Assembly (NCBI GenBank): GCA_963693365.1
Contig: CAVNZM010000016.1
Coordinates: 3,685,957-3,749,956, forward strand
Origin: Amoebidium appalachense
Lineage: Eukaryota; Protista; Ichthyosporea
Direction: 5' to 3'
Length of the DNA stretch: 64,000 nucleotides
The position numbers and the translations under genes were made by a program. The notes under the pieces were generated by a model. It made no database searches. It saw only the letters and a program-made list of their open reading frames with translations, and was not told the origin of the DNA. Shown piece after piece: positions 1-13,986 of this stretch (positions within the stretch are counted from its first letter, which is position 1; every line of letters begins with the position of its first letter).

Positions 1-1225
1 AAGCAACCCTATACTGGGGACATTCACACGGGCAGCTATGTTGGATGCTTATTCATTAGATAGAGGCTTCTTTTACATAGAAGAAAAGAAGAAAATGAAA
101 CGACACGGAATCTTTGAAGAGGTGATGGTTGTCTTTTATACCAAAAGAAAAAAAGAAAAGAAAAAGACGGAACGGGATCATGTGCCTTGAAAGGTGGGGT
201 ATGCAGCTAAATTTTCGTTTATACCGAAGAAAAATCAGCATCGGAAGAGACGAATTCAAAAACATTAAAGAGGGACAACCATTCTTTTTAACAAAAGAAA
301 AGGAAAATAAATGAATGGAAATGTTTTTTTGGGGGGGGGAGGGGGCTATTGTTTGGGTGGGCGGTTGGGGTGGGGTGGGAGGGGGGGGGGGGGGGGGGGG
401 GGGGGGGTACCTTGGAGCTTTTCCTGGCCGTCGACAGTCATAAGTTTTCTGTAGTAGGACATTGGGGACCTAGCGGTGAAGTCTGTGGTGAACACCACAC
501 TTTGTATGTCGTGGTTGTACAGCACCGCCACTATTGCATCCTCAAACGTGGACACACTCACAGACGCATAGCGGAGAGGGTCTGCAAAGGGTAGGAGGGC
601 GGGGAGGGGAGGGAGAGGGGGGACAGGGGAAGGAGGAGGAGAGGGCGAGGGGGGGGAAGGAGGGGGGGGCGGTGGGTTAGAATGCGGAACACGTACAACA
701 GCACATTAGAACTATGACACACGGTGTAGGAAGCAGGACACAGGCAAAGCCAAACATTCAATCATGCAACACCAGCAGAGAGAGGGGGATGGGGGGGGGG
801 GGGGGGGGAGGGGGGGAGGGGAGGGGGGGGGGGGGGGGGGAGGGGGGGGGGATGACGATGAATACGGAATGGGGAGCTCTAGTTTGTGTTCATGAAAGGT
901 AGACACATTCGTGCACACAGTGGAATGGGTCTACAAGGGGTAGGACATAGAAGGGGGAAAGAAGATAAGAAACGAAGAATGGGGTGCTCTTGAGCGTAGA
1001 CACTAACGGGCGCATAGCAGAGTGGGTGTGCGAAGGGTAGGAGGGGGAAGAGGGGGAGCGGGGTGGGAGGGAAAGGGGGTAGGGGGGAGAGGGGGAGGGG
1101 GAGCTCACGTATGTATTCCTGAAAAATAGAGACCCTCCTTGAGACATAGCGGAGTGGGTCTGCTTAGAGTAAGAATGAAAGAACGGGGGAGGGGGGAAGG
1201 GGAAATGGGGGAGGAAGAAGCGGGG

Positions 1226-1269
<44 letters not shown>

Positions 1270-1653
1270 AACCTCCTTTCTTCTCAACCTTCGATAGCTC
1301 AAGGGCAATGTCGCAGTGCACTGTGTGACACATCCACAACCCGTCAGCATATTCACAGCATGTTTTCTTTGTGACGAAAAACAAAAAAAAGAAAAGAAAA
1401 AGAAAAACAAAAAAGCGTTCATGTTGATTCTTTTGTGTGTGTGAGCACGCAGGTGTATTCTTTCATATACCGACACATGCATGCAATGAAAACCATCCCC
1501 GAGTAACTTTCTTGCGCCTTTTGTTCCTCAGGTCAATTCCTTTTCTCTTCCACCACAGAATATAAATATAAATATATATATATATATATGCAAACATAAT
1601 CATTGCATGTACCGTTACAGAGTGTACTGCACACAAAACCCTCCCCTCCCCTC

Positions 1654-1691
<38 letters not shown>

Positions 1692-1905
1692 AAAAAAACC
1701 CCTCTCCCCGCCCCCTTGACTGTGACTTCATCAAGCACTCAATTTTCTCAACGTCATGTCCAGAAACAGAACTCACCACATATACCCAGAATGCGAACAT
1801 ACCGTTACCTATGTTGAGTGGGTAAGAGGCAAACAGAACGTCAAAACCAGTAAAAAAAGAAGAACTTCGGGAAAACCAAAAATACCAAAAACATCCAGAA
1901 AAAAG

Positions 1906-1940
<35 letters not shown>

Positions 1941-2375
1941 AAAAAAAAAAAAATAAAAAGGAAAGAAAAAAAGAAAAAGAAAGAAATGAGAAGAAAAAGA
2001 AAACCCCCAAGGAAAATAAAAGACACCCCAAAACCATCCAGAAAGCACACATGCCGTTGCCCAGGTTGTCTGAGTTCTGGACATGCAAATCGTCAATAAA
2101 AAAAAGAACTCCATCCAAAACGCCACTAGGAAAAAAAGAAAAAAAAAGAAGGAATGAATGATCATGATAATAAAGAAAGAAAATGAAAAAGAAAGAGCAA
2201 AAACCACCCAGAATATTCATTCAGACATACCGTTGCCCAGGTTGTTTGAGTTCTGGACAAACAGCACGTCAAAGTGTGGCTCTACGTCCTTCTTGTGGTA
2301 TCCGGCCTCCTCCAGATCACTCTCCAGCCGGGCTGCAAACCGACCAAGAACATCCTCGGCAATACCAAGCACATC

Positions 2376-2411
<36 letters not shown>

Positions 2412-2415
2412 AGGT

Positions 2416-2461
<46 letters not shown>

Positions 2462-2751
2462 GGGGGGGGATGGGTGAGTGGGTGGATGGGAGGATGGATG
2501 GATGTATGTGTGTATGTGTGTGTGTGTGTGCGTCCGTGTGTATGTGTGTGCACGCGCTTGTGTGCGTGTGTGTATGAAGGTTGGTGTGTGTGGGTGCGTG
2601 TGCGTGTCCGCGCATGTGTAAGTGTGTGTGTGTAGGGGGGAGGGGGTGTGTGAGGGGGGTGGGAGGAGAAAGGGGGGAGATGGATATACATCAGACGACA
2701 CCCAGACTTGAAACAAGAGGGTGGGGTGGTGGTGGTGGTGGTTTTTTTTTT

Positions 2752-2795
<44 letters not shown>

Positions 2796-3490
2796 AGGGG
2801 GACAACGGACAGTGGACTTCTCTCCTCTCTTCTTCTCTCTTCTTCTATTCCAAGCTTTCTTCAGGATATAAGATGATAATTAAATACCTAAATCCAGAAA
2901 TCCGAAAAATTGGAGTTTTAGCAGATTGTAAAAGGTCATTAATGGAATTAATTAAATTAATATTCCTATTGAATATGTAATTAACTTATATATTACGTAG
3001 AGTAGGGAATCTAGTACTATATTACTAAAAACATAGGAGTATAATTGAATGGTATGTCAAAATTGGAGTTTAAACAAATTGTAAAAGGTCATTAATAATT
3101 ATTTAATTGACATTAAAGAGTTATTTAAATGATTTATTAAGAAGCATAGAAATCTAGTACTATACCACTCCGATGCGATGTACCGTGAGGAGCTGTAAAA
3201 CAAAATAACGAAAAATGACGAATTGTGGCTGGAAAGAAGTGGGCCGAAGAGAGGAAAAAAGGGCAAAAAAAAAAAAAAAAAAAAAAAAGTAACCTCGAAA
3301 ATAAGGCGCTGACAAATTCGAAGATCCTGTCACACTGTATCTCTGTTCCCTTCGCCTTCTGTAGCTTCCGTTCTAATCCATGTGCATTCAACAGCGCAGG
3401 CAGTCAATTATTTTTGTTTTCTATTCTTTCTTGTTTTTTCTTTCTGTTCCTTTGAGCATAAGGGGCACACGCTTCTTCTCCCCCCCGCCC

Positions 3491-3524
<34 letters not shown>

Positions 3525-3678
3525 CCGGCCCTTACCCAACCATCCTACCCACCCATTCAGGGGTGTTCTTCACATCGAATATTGCCACCACCTTCCTTAC
3601 CCCAATTTACCCCAACTCAACTTGGTAGTTGCTTCTATTTCACACTCCTACTCCCCACTCCTAATCCCCCAATCGCTT

Positions 3679-3709
<31 letters not shown>

Positions 3710-3715
3710 CCCCCC

Positions 3716-3752
<37 letters not shown>

Positions 3753-3880
3753 TCCCTCCCTTTGGGTGCCTTCGCTTTCTGGCGCTGGTGGGCGTGAAGT
3801 GCGGGTGTATGTGGTTGGTGGAAGTGGTGTTTGTGTGTGCCTGTGTGTGTGTGCATGTGTGCGTGCATCTGTGTGCCTGT

Positions 3881-3960
<80 letters not shown>

Positions 3961-3969
3961 CTGGTCTGT

Positions 3970-4004
<35 letters not shown>

Positions 4005-4642
4005 GGTGTTGAAGCGGGGCTGGGGGGCGGAGGGTGAGGGTGATGATTTCCGGAATGCAAAACACAAATTCACAACGGACAATGCAAACTAGTTTTATCA
4101 AAATGCGCACAAAGTATATGCCGCAATAAGCATCGGGAGAAAAGGGTTGGTGGTGGTGGTGGTGTGGGAAGGAGAGAAGGGGTTTGTTCACGGTACATAC
4201 CTGCCACATTCTGTTCTGGATCGATTTCTTCAACGTGTGCATCTTTTCAGGCCCTGGTCTCCCCCACAACCCCTCAGCCAGGGACAGAACCTCGAGTATG
4301 GTGCTGGCCTGCTCCACGTCATGCTGTCTGGCTGCTTGAAGAAACGAACGCCACGATGCATAGCGTGCCTAGGGGGGAAAAAAAAGAGAGAGAGAGAGAG
4401 AAAGGGGAAGGGGGGAGGGGGGGAGGGGGGTGGTGGGGGTGGGGATGGGTGGGGTTGGGGTGGGTTGGGAGGGGAGGGGGATGGGTTGGGGGGGGGGGGG
4501 GGGGGGGGGGGGGGAGGGGGGGGCGACATCGGTGTGAGTCTGTGGATCGGACAACGCTTGGTTTGGTGACAAAAGCATACTTTGCAAAGGAGTGGAACGG
4601 CTGAGTAAAGCTCTGGGAAATCGTGGATGTGCAGACTCCCCC

Positions 4643-4699
<57 letters not shown>

Positions 4700-5305
4700 A
4701 CACACGCACATGCACACACACACACACAAAAAAAAAAGAAAGAAGGAACAAAAAGCAAGCAAATAGTCAATTACATACCCAAAAAGCAGCAGTAAGGTCA
4801 GTTCTTAGGCGACGGCGTGAACGCACAGGATCTCCACCCCCCTCTCTCCCCCCCCCCCCCCCCCCCCCCCCCTCCCCGTTCTCCCCTCTCCCTCTACTCC
4901 TCCCCTTCAACATCCATTCACCACCTTGGCCCCACCGCCATTACCATCACCATGTCAACTACCACCGTCATCTCTTTTGAACGCTGTGCTCCCTCTCTCT
5001 TTCACTCCATCCCTTTCAACCCCCTCCCCCCCCCCCCCCCTGCCTTCTGCTCCTCCTCACCCATCATCCCAACTGTTCGAATACACCCCAGAACTAACTA
5101 CCTTTCCATTTCCTGCCTGCCCTGGCAGATTCAGCTTCAGGTTCCCACCTAACACCTCTTAGAGCAGATTCATTTCTAAGAACGTCAACAGCATTATCTT
5201 TCTTTCAGCACATACCATATCGGCATTATAGAAATCCTTGAGCTGGAGTATGTCTGCATCCTTCTTCAGCTGCTCAGTCGTGAGCATGGTATCCAGTAGT
5301 GCCAT
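1..5305 (-). CDS. Bacterial-type (fold-type I, PLP-dependent) ornithine/lysine/arginine decarboxylase, N-terminal part; multi-exon, continues past the left edge
   Basis: GT-AG exons ~4327/4323-4201, 3326-3294, 2375-2231, 1320-1273, 581-411 and 47-1 splice in frame to ...ILEVLSLAEGLWGRPGPEKMHTLKKSIQNRMWQDLRICQRLIFEDVLG...PHFDVLFVQNSNNLGNVHCDIALELSKVEKKGDPLRYASVSVSTFEDAIVAVLYNHDIQSVVFTTDF.... This resembles, from memory, the E.YWAFPG, YFEVL and SFEDALIAVLFNHNIQAVV motifs of large bacterial basic-amino-acid decarboxylases. The first exon (ATG 5305-5216, MALLDTML...FYNADM) and the exons between 4580 and 5180 are tentative. The PLP-lysine motif is outside the window. Confidence 0.7.
2840..3170. 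other. Strongly AT-rich insert with an internal ~150-bp repeat, inside a decarboxylase intron
   Basis: Abrupt composition shift. aaaattggagttt.a.ca.attgtaaaaggtcattaat occurs at ~2906 and ~3059 (offset 153), and aatctagtactata at 3008 and 3151. Confidence 0.7.
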
Positions 5306-6765
5306 GTTGCTTGCTCCGAAAATGGGCCTATTGACCCTTCACAATCTACCTAAGCAAACTCTGCTATCACAAAAGACTCTCATGAGAGGGTAATTGCCAT
5401 AACCACTAGTACTAGTGATGCACAGAAAAGAAAAATCTCTCTACGAAGCAGCCGTGGCACTGCCCCTGCCATGGATTACTATGGTCACGAAGAAACAGCC
5501 TGGCTTTTCTCAAGCTCTTTTAGTTTCGTCTATGCTTTGCACCGAAAAATACTGATGAAATCACAGTGACTGAGGCTATGCATATGAATACCCAGCAATT
5601 TTCCCTTCCCTTAAAAAAAAAAAAAAAAAAAAAAAAACGGGCCGAGAATGAGATTTTTTTGATGATGGCGATAACCTTTTTTGGTTATTGATTTTATTGA
5701 TTAGCCTATTTAGGTAGTTGACCAGTAGCCCATTTTGAGCCAATGAAATGCCCTCACATCGGGCTTTATAATTTCCAACCCTTTGGTGAATCATTGCACA
5801 CTGCGGCACATCACACAACACTCGAACAAGGGTCAGATGGGCCGTGCATTGTAACCTTTACGAGCCATATATTTTAGTGGGGTAGCCAGCCAGCCCCAGC
5901 TCTTGCATGGATATAGCATATGCTAATACTATTTTACGGCCAAGCGCATTTATTTATGTACATGAATTTTCAGAAATTGTGCCCTGGGTGAAGTAAGCCA
6001 TCCCAACCTGCATTTATTCAAGAAGACATGTTCCAAAAAAAAAAGCCGGAATAAACTTCAAAAAAAAAGTAGAAATATTCAAGGGAACTAAACTTGAGGA
6101 TAATGGCCCCCAAACCAACCAAATTCGTAGTGTCCGGATGTGTATGTGTGTGTGTAATGGCGCAGATATTTGGGAGGGGCACGAATATGCGGGCGCTATG
6201 TATACCACGTACCATCAATTCCTGTGTTGTGTTGCACACACACACACACACCTCGGACATGCGTGCGTTAAAATGAACATTGTGTGTTTGTGAGCGTGGA
6301 TACTGCAGTGAAATGCTCGTGGAAAAAAAAGCATGTACTCCCCTAAATATATACCTTGCTACATTTACCAAACCGGTCACATATACAAGCACATATCGGC
6401 TTGCTGATAAGTTCTTTTTGTAGGACATGCCTCAAACAATTTCCAGGATCCCAACCAGTTCGAGTTCCATTCCACCCACCACCTAGAATAATCACTTCTC
6501 TAATATCACCATGCACTCCGTTCTTTGCCTGCCCCAACCTCCACAGAACATCCTTCCAGATTCATCTTCGTCCTTCTCATGGCAGGAGGGGGGCGGGGGG
6601 AGGAGGGAGGGGGGAGGGGTATAATTGAAGGTGTGTGCTTGTGTGTGTGTGTGTGCGTGTGTGTGTGCGTGCGCGCGCGCGCGTGTGTGTGTGTATGTGT
6701 GTGTGTGAGGAATGAAGGCGCGGGGGGGGGGGGGGGGGGGGGGGGGGGGTGGAGGGGACTCCAGC

Positions 6766-6869
6766 TCAATCGTCGTGATCAGGTGGGTACCGTCCCTCCT
6801 TCACGTCCTTGACGTATTGCTCAACTGCTCCTTGAATCAGAGGTGCCAAGTTGGCATACTGCCGGCAGA

Positions 6870-6958
<89 letters not shown>

Positions 6959-7291
6959 GCACGTGTACGTGGATGTGTGCATGTGTGTGCACGTGTGTGA
7001 GTATGTGGGTGGGTGGGTGGGTGGGTGGGTGGGTGAGGGGGTGGAGTGACGCATTAGAATGCAGTACTGTTAACCGTAAAAAATGGGTCGAACAGGCCTT
7101 CTTTTTTGGGGGGGGGGGGAAGGGGGAGGGGGGGAGTTGGGGAGGGGGGTTAGGATGTAGTACAACATACAAACGACAAGAACGCACAAGGAAAACACAG
7201 CACAGACCACACATAGCATCCAGAAACGAACACATAATACAGCAACATATGTTGATGGTGGCCTAGGCCCGAAGAGGGGGGGGTGTGGTGT

Positions 7292-7351
<60 letters not shown>

Positions 7352-7474
7352 TATGGGGAGGGGGGGGGGGGGGGGAGGGGGGTTTGTTGGAGACTTAGAG
7401 CTTTCATACTTTCTAATTTTTAAAATTATATTTTTTTGCTGGGGGGGCTTAGTGGGGGAGGGGGGGGGGGGGAG

Positions 7475-7515
<41 letters not shown>

Positions 7516-7724
7516 ATCGATATATCTACATACTTTGGAGTAAACCTGTCGAAGATACCCAGCATATCCAAGGTCACAAGCACCTGCCCGCTGGTGTGGG
7601 GGCCAGCCCCAATTCCAATTGTGGGTATAGAGAGTTGGTCCGTGATGAATGATGCAATGGGGGATGGCACGGCTTCAATCACCATCGCAAATGCACCGGC
7701 TTCCTGTGAACCCGGTGGGGTGGG

Positions 7725-7759
<35 letters not shown>

Positions 7760-7980
7760 GCAGGGCAAAGGGGGAGAAGCATTGGATAGGGTGGGAGAGA
7801 GAGGGGGGGGGGGGGGGGGGGGGGTTGGAAGAGAGGGAGAGGGAGGCGGAGGGGCAGGGGGAGAAGGGGCGGACGTGGGAGAGGTGAGGATGGGGGCGGA
7901 GTTAGGAGTTAGAATCTGCTATAGAGGTTGACGTTCACAAATATCACCAATGTTTAATTTCTCTTTGGGTTGACGTGTAT

Positions 7981-8024
<44 letters not shown>

Positions 8025-8178
8025 AAGGCGAAGAATCTAAACCACCAGAGAGTTCAATTCATCTGACTGTACCAGTGTGTTGGAGGGAATATATTATCTT
8101 AGGCAACAGTGAGAGGGCAGACTGGGGACTTGGGCTAAAAGGGGTCGCAGGTGTGTATGTATGTGTGTGTGTGTGTAT

Positions 8179-8225
<47 letters not shown>

Positions 8226-8419
8226 TATGTGTGGGTGTGGGTGTGGGTGGGTGTCTGCTTATACACGTGTGCACGTGTATGATTGTGTGTGTTGGCGGGG
8301 GGAAGGGGGGGGGGGTGGGGGTGGGGGGGGGGGGGGGGGGGGGGGGGTTCGAAAGTGTTGTAGGAGTACCGAGTACACATACATAACGGACTTCACAATC
8401 AAGAGTGCAAACTACACAT

Positions 8420-8452
<33 letters not shown>

Positions 8453-9231
8453 ACCTGAATTGCAAGCGCGTCTTTCAAAAGCTGCTTGGCCTGTAAAGAG
8501 ATCACAGAGGAAGGTGAGTGACCGTTTGATTTTTCACAAGACCACATGACTGGTGCAGTGGGCATCTGCATCTGACCACGTCTCTCTCTCTCTCTCTCTC
8601 TCTCCCTCTCCCTCCCTCCCTCCCTCCCTCCCTCTCCCTCGCCCCCTTTCCGCCCCTTTTCCCCCCCCTCCCCGCCTTCCCTCCCTCCCTCCCTCTCCTT
8701 CTCTCTCTCCCTGTGTGTTTTTGTGTGCGCGATTGCGTGTTTGTGTGTGTGTCTGTGTTTGTGTGTGTGTATCATCGGTGGGGAATAACAGGGGGGAAGC
8801 AGGGAGCTTGTTCAACAAACAACATATTCCCACAGAAATGATATGCAACACCAGAAGGGCTCCAAACCAAGGAATATGGGGGGAGGGGGGAGGGGGGAGG
8901 GGGGAAGGGGGGGGGGGGGGGGGGGGAGCAAACAAGGGGGAGGGGGGAGGGGGGGCACGACAAAAACACAACAGGAAACAGATGTCTCCGGCCCCGGGCA
9001 AATGTTCACTTACCGACAGTGCCGTTTTTCCTTGAACCTTGAACCCCCCCAACACATTTGCGCTCTGGGGGGTTAGGCCGACGTGGCCCAGCACCGGGAC
9101 CCCAGCATCCACAACCCTCTTGACTGTAGGCGCCATCAATGCACCCCCCTCCAATTTCACTCCCTGCATAATGCGTAATTTGGGTTTAGGTTTATTGAAA
9201 GTGGGGTTGGACAAGAATACACACACACACA

Positions 9232-9263
<32 letters not shown>

Positions 9264-9396
9264 GGAATGCGCGCATGAGCATACACGACCTTTAAAAAGC
9301 CCAGGCGTGTACGCGCACACAAAACCGCACACACCTACACCACTCATTCGCACATGCACACACATGCGCATATACGCAAGCACACATGCACACACA

Positions 9397-9432
<36 letters not shown>

Positions 9433-9650
9433 CACCCGCCCGCACTCACATGAACGTCTGAAATGATTTTGCTCCCGGACATCAACCAAAACACGTACGT
9501 ACGACCCAAACAGACAGGCAGGCATGCTCACCTCTCTTACATCGTTGAGTCTAGTCAAGTGAGTGAACATGCCATCAGAAGTGCAAACACAGACGCACAG
9601 TGTGTATGACACCCAAGTAATTGTGGAAAACAGAGCATTCATGCCCCCAG

Positions 9651-9688
<38 letters not shown>

Positions 9689-10059
9689 GGGGGGGGGGGG
9701 AGGGGAGGGAGGTGAGGGGGAGGGGCGTATATGCACATTAGCGGATTTGAACTTGGCTACCATAAAAGCAAGCACATGGAATATTGACTCAGATAAAAAC
9801 CCAAAAGACGAAATCAAAAACACTGTGCATGCGGTTGCAGGTGGCACATGGAAAGAGCGGGAGAGGGGGGGGGGGGGGGGGGGGATGCGAGATATAGCAC
9901 ACACCTGCATGTTGCCCTCCTTGACAAACCTGACCGCATTATCCACAGCGTTGTCCACTGAAGACTGGTCCCACCCCCACAAAAGTCAACAACACTAAAA
10001 ATTCCCCCTCCCCCCCCCCCCCTTCTGCCCCACCTTTCTCCCTGTTCTCATCTCCTTCC

Positions 10060-10111
<52 letters not shown>

Positions 10112-10389
10112 CAAAAAAAAAAAAGAAAGAAAGAAAGAAAAAAAGAAAAGAAAAAAAGAAGAAGAAGAAAAAGAAAAAGAAAGAAAAGAACGAAAGAGAA
10201 GAAAACATACCACCGCCACTTCCACCCCCACCACAACAGCCGCCACCACCACCACCAACCAGAAACCCACCCATCCACCCGAGGGGTATTTCTTTCTCTC
10301 CTGCCCCACATTCTTCTCCCCACAATGCTTACCTGCCCATAAAAAATAACTATCTCCGTAAAAGTGACAGCACTATGTACTCGGCATAT

Positions 10390-10420
<31 letters not shown>

Positions 10421-10560
10421 GCCCCTGTCCTGACACAATGCTCCCTTTCCTTTCTTCCTGCTTTTCAATACCCTTACACTAACGTGACCAAAAAGGTCCA
10501 TAAAGGCTCGGCCTCCCCCCACCCCCCCCCCCCCCCTCCAAGAAAAAGGTGCGAGTGTGT

Positions 10561-10612
<52 letters not shown>

Positions 10613-10693
10613 CGGCCTAATGCTGGAAAGAAAATCCGAAGGAACGAGGGATGGTGGGGAGTGTGGTTGCACCTATATGTGTGTGCATGCACG

Positions 10694-10726
<33 letters not shown>

Positions 10727-11163
10727 TATGTCTTTGTCGGTGTCGGTGTCTGGGTGTTTGTGTGTATGTTTGTGTTTGTGTCTATGCCTCAGTCTCTGTA
10801 TGTATGTGTATGTTTGTGTGTACGTGTGTGTGTCTGTTTCTGTCTCTGTACGTGTCTGTGTTGCGTGTTTATGTGTGTCCATGTGTGAGAGTGTGGCCGT
10901 TGGGGAAGAGGGAGGGAGGGGGGGACGAGGGGAGGGGGGGGAGAGGGGGAGAGGGGGGAGAGGGGGGGTTAAATCTTAATACCTGATAGCTACCAAAAGG
11001 CATGTCTCCGACCAGAAAACTCGAATAGCAGCCTCGAGACACGATGCGGCAGTGGTGTAGCATTTCCTGAGGGGAGGGGAAGGGGGGAGGGAGAGATACG
11101 TTGGTACCCAATCTACAACCAATACTCGCAGGTCGTATCTGTCCGCAAACAGACCTCTCTCTT

Positions 11164-11237
<74 letters not shown>

Positions 11238-11272
11238 CCCTCTCACTTTCCCCCTTCCCTCGCTCCCTCCCC

Positions 11273-11309
<37 letters not shown>

Positions 11310-12381
11310 ACAAACACACACACATATCCCTACCTTCCCCCTTCCTCCCCCCCCCCCCCCCCACCCCCTGGCCCCCCGCCCGATTTTGATAAAAACACCG
11401 ACATTGGACAGTCACATGTAATGGTAGGCGTTTTTGCCCCTTTAAAAACTCGCCAAATCAGACCCTTGAATTCTATTTATTGCATGACCTATGGTTTACA
11501 TGCCAGGAGTACACCTGCATTCCATTTACAGAACTAAACATATGCCAATAGGGTTCTGCGCACCGGTGGAAGGGTAAGGGAGAGACCGGGGGGGGGGGGG
11601 GGGGGGGGGGAGGGGGAACCGGGGGAGGGGGGGGGGGGGGAGGCAGGGCGCGGGAAGAGGATGAGGGGAGAAGGGGGAGGGGGGAGGGGAGGAAGAGGGG
11701 TGAAGTGAGAGAGAGAGAGAGGGAGGGGAGGGGTGGGGGGGTGAGTATATAAGCACCCACCTCCATGGTGACGGATGTTGTGTCTGCAAAGCCCAAAGAG
11801 ACCATGGCTAGTGAGTCTCCAACCAGGGTGATGTCAATGTTGGCCTGGTTGGAATATATATATATTACTGCTTGAGCAGCCGTTTGTTTCGTTTCCATTT
11901 GCTTCCACCCTTCCCCCCCCATCCCCTCCCCCGCTTGTTGGCGTTGCAAATCTTTTGTGCGGTTTGCGGTGTGTGTTGAATGTGTAGGTGGTCAATCATC
12001 AGGAGGCGGAACCAGATGGAAACGCGCTCGGACGGGGGGAGGGGGGGGAGGGGGAAGGGAGGGAGGGAAGGGGAGGAGAGAGGGAGGAGGGGGAGAGGGA
12101 AAAGGTGGTGGTGGGGGGGGAGGGGGGGGGAGGGGGGGGGTGAAGGAGAGAGGGGGGAAGGAGGGGGGAGGGGGCAGGGGGTATGTCTACAAGTGTGACA
12201 ACTAACCTGCTTGTGTAGGCTAGAAAGACACCATCATGCCTACATCTACAAAGCAGCACACAAACATGAAAATCAAACAAAAAAACAAAGAAAGAAAATG
12301 GGCTCAAAGCAAGGAATGCTTACCTGTAAGAGGGATTCTGCATAAAAGCATTAAGGCAACAACAATATGCAGTCAGGGAAG

Positions 12382-12471
<90 letters not shown>

Positions 12472-13986
12472 GTGTGTGTTGTGTGTTTAAAAAGGGCGAG
12501 TGGGAAGGCGGGTAGGGGGGGGGGGGGGGGGGGGAAGTGGTGGGGTCACCAGATGCAAAACAGCAACCCAAAAATGACTGCATTGCCCAGCGCCCAGGGA
12601 AAGGCGGAGAGAGGGTGGGAGGGGGGGGAGGGGAGGGGTAGGCGGGAGGGGGGAAGGGGAGGGAGAAGGAGGGAGATGGAGGAAAGGAAGGGGGGTGGGG
12701 AGTGTGGTCTTACATGGTCGCACGCCTGTGCAGTCACCAAATCATGTGCCGTCAGCATTGTGATCTTAGTTCCACTCTGGTACAGTTTGTGGATGTCACC
12801 TGTGGTCGTCCGCCTCTTCGACTTTGACGGCACCTTTTTCTTGTCATCTCATAACGTGAACGAGCTTTTTAGCCATACCTGCGCGATGCTTCTATGCAAC
12901 AAGAGGACCCACGACCTTTATAGAGCTTCCCCCCCCCCCCCCCCCCCCCCCCCCCCACCCCACCCCACCCCCACCCCCCCCCCCCCCCCCCCCCCCACCA
13001 CCACCACCACACACGCACACACACACACACACACACACAACCTCCCCCTCCCGTATCCTGTTCTCTCAAGCCCAATTCATTTCCTTTTCCTACTTCCCTT
13101 TCCCTACGACCTACCTCCCGTCCCTTCTCTACCTCTCTCCCCCTCTGGCTTATACATTATATTTTGCTTCTGCTTTTAAACAATGGTTTTTGCCATAGCA
13201 AAACCACACTATGTGGCCAAAACCGATGACACACCTACGTGCAAGTGAGCGTGCAAAGCATCTACTCTGCAATCCTCTCTCTGCATCACTGTGTGTCTCT
13301 CTCCCCCTGTATCTCTCACCCCCTCCCCTCCCTCCCTCCCTCCCCCTCCCCTCCCTCTCTCAACCTCCAGCCCGTCTCCCCAAGGACTGTAAATGCCCTC
13401 CCCCCCCCCCCCCCCCTCCCCCCCCCCCTTCTTCCCCCCCCCCCCCTCCCCTTCATCTCCCCCCCCGCCACCCTTCTCCTGCTCTTCCTCCATTTTTTAG
13501 CATGCATGTGTTAAGAATAAATAAGGGGCACCCCCTTAGCATAAGGCTGAGACCTCAGTAGTGGTGCGTGAACTTCCATGTGCACTGTTATTGTGCGCAA
13601 GCTGCAAGCAATCTTCTATCACGCCTGAGGGCACGCCAAGCAGTCAACTGAGAAAGAGCATCCGACCCTCCCCGCTCCCACCCACCCTCCCCCCCCTTCC
13701 CCCCCTCCCCCCTCCCGTCTACCTCAACCCAACCCCCCCCCCGATCTCCCCCCCTCACACACACACACACACACACAAGAACACCCACCCTATCCCGCCG
13801 TTCAAAGACATCCAACTGCAAAACCGTACTAGTAAAAATGCAGACACAACACTCACCTAGTTCTTCCGTGTATGTGCTCATGTGCCTCCACCCAGTCCTT
13901 CCTGCTTGTGTCCACATGCCCACTGTGCACCCCTGGGTGCGGGCGGCATCAAGGATTCTCGATAGTACGGTCCGACTCATTTTCAT
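6766..13986 (-). CDS. panB: 3-methyl-2-oxobutanoate (ketopantoate) hydroxymethyltransferase, probably mitochondrial (PanB/Ecm31)
   Basis: Exons 13986-13857, ~12840-12714, 11844-11761, 11066-10983, 9964-9905, 9163-9014, 8490-8455, 7703-7534 and 6871-6766 with GT-AG borders. Family motifs: [84 protein letters not shown]. The Arg/Ser/Thr-rich N-terminus resembles a mitochondrial presequence. The exon 1/2 junction is not resolved (a micro-exon is possible). Confidence 0.95.

Noticed and set aside
1715-1810. Possible extra decarboxylase exon (GNGMFAFWV...GHDVEKIECLMK)
   Set aside because: Exons 2375-2231 and 1320-1273 join in frame without it, it has no good donor, and its start is a decayed copy of the upstream exon end.
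3294-3400. Longer exon reading AHGLERKLQKAKG...FVSALFSR
   Set aside because: Its phase is incompatible with the next exon; the 33-nt exon 3326-3294 fits both neighbours.
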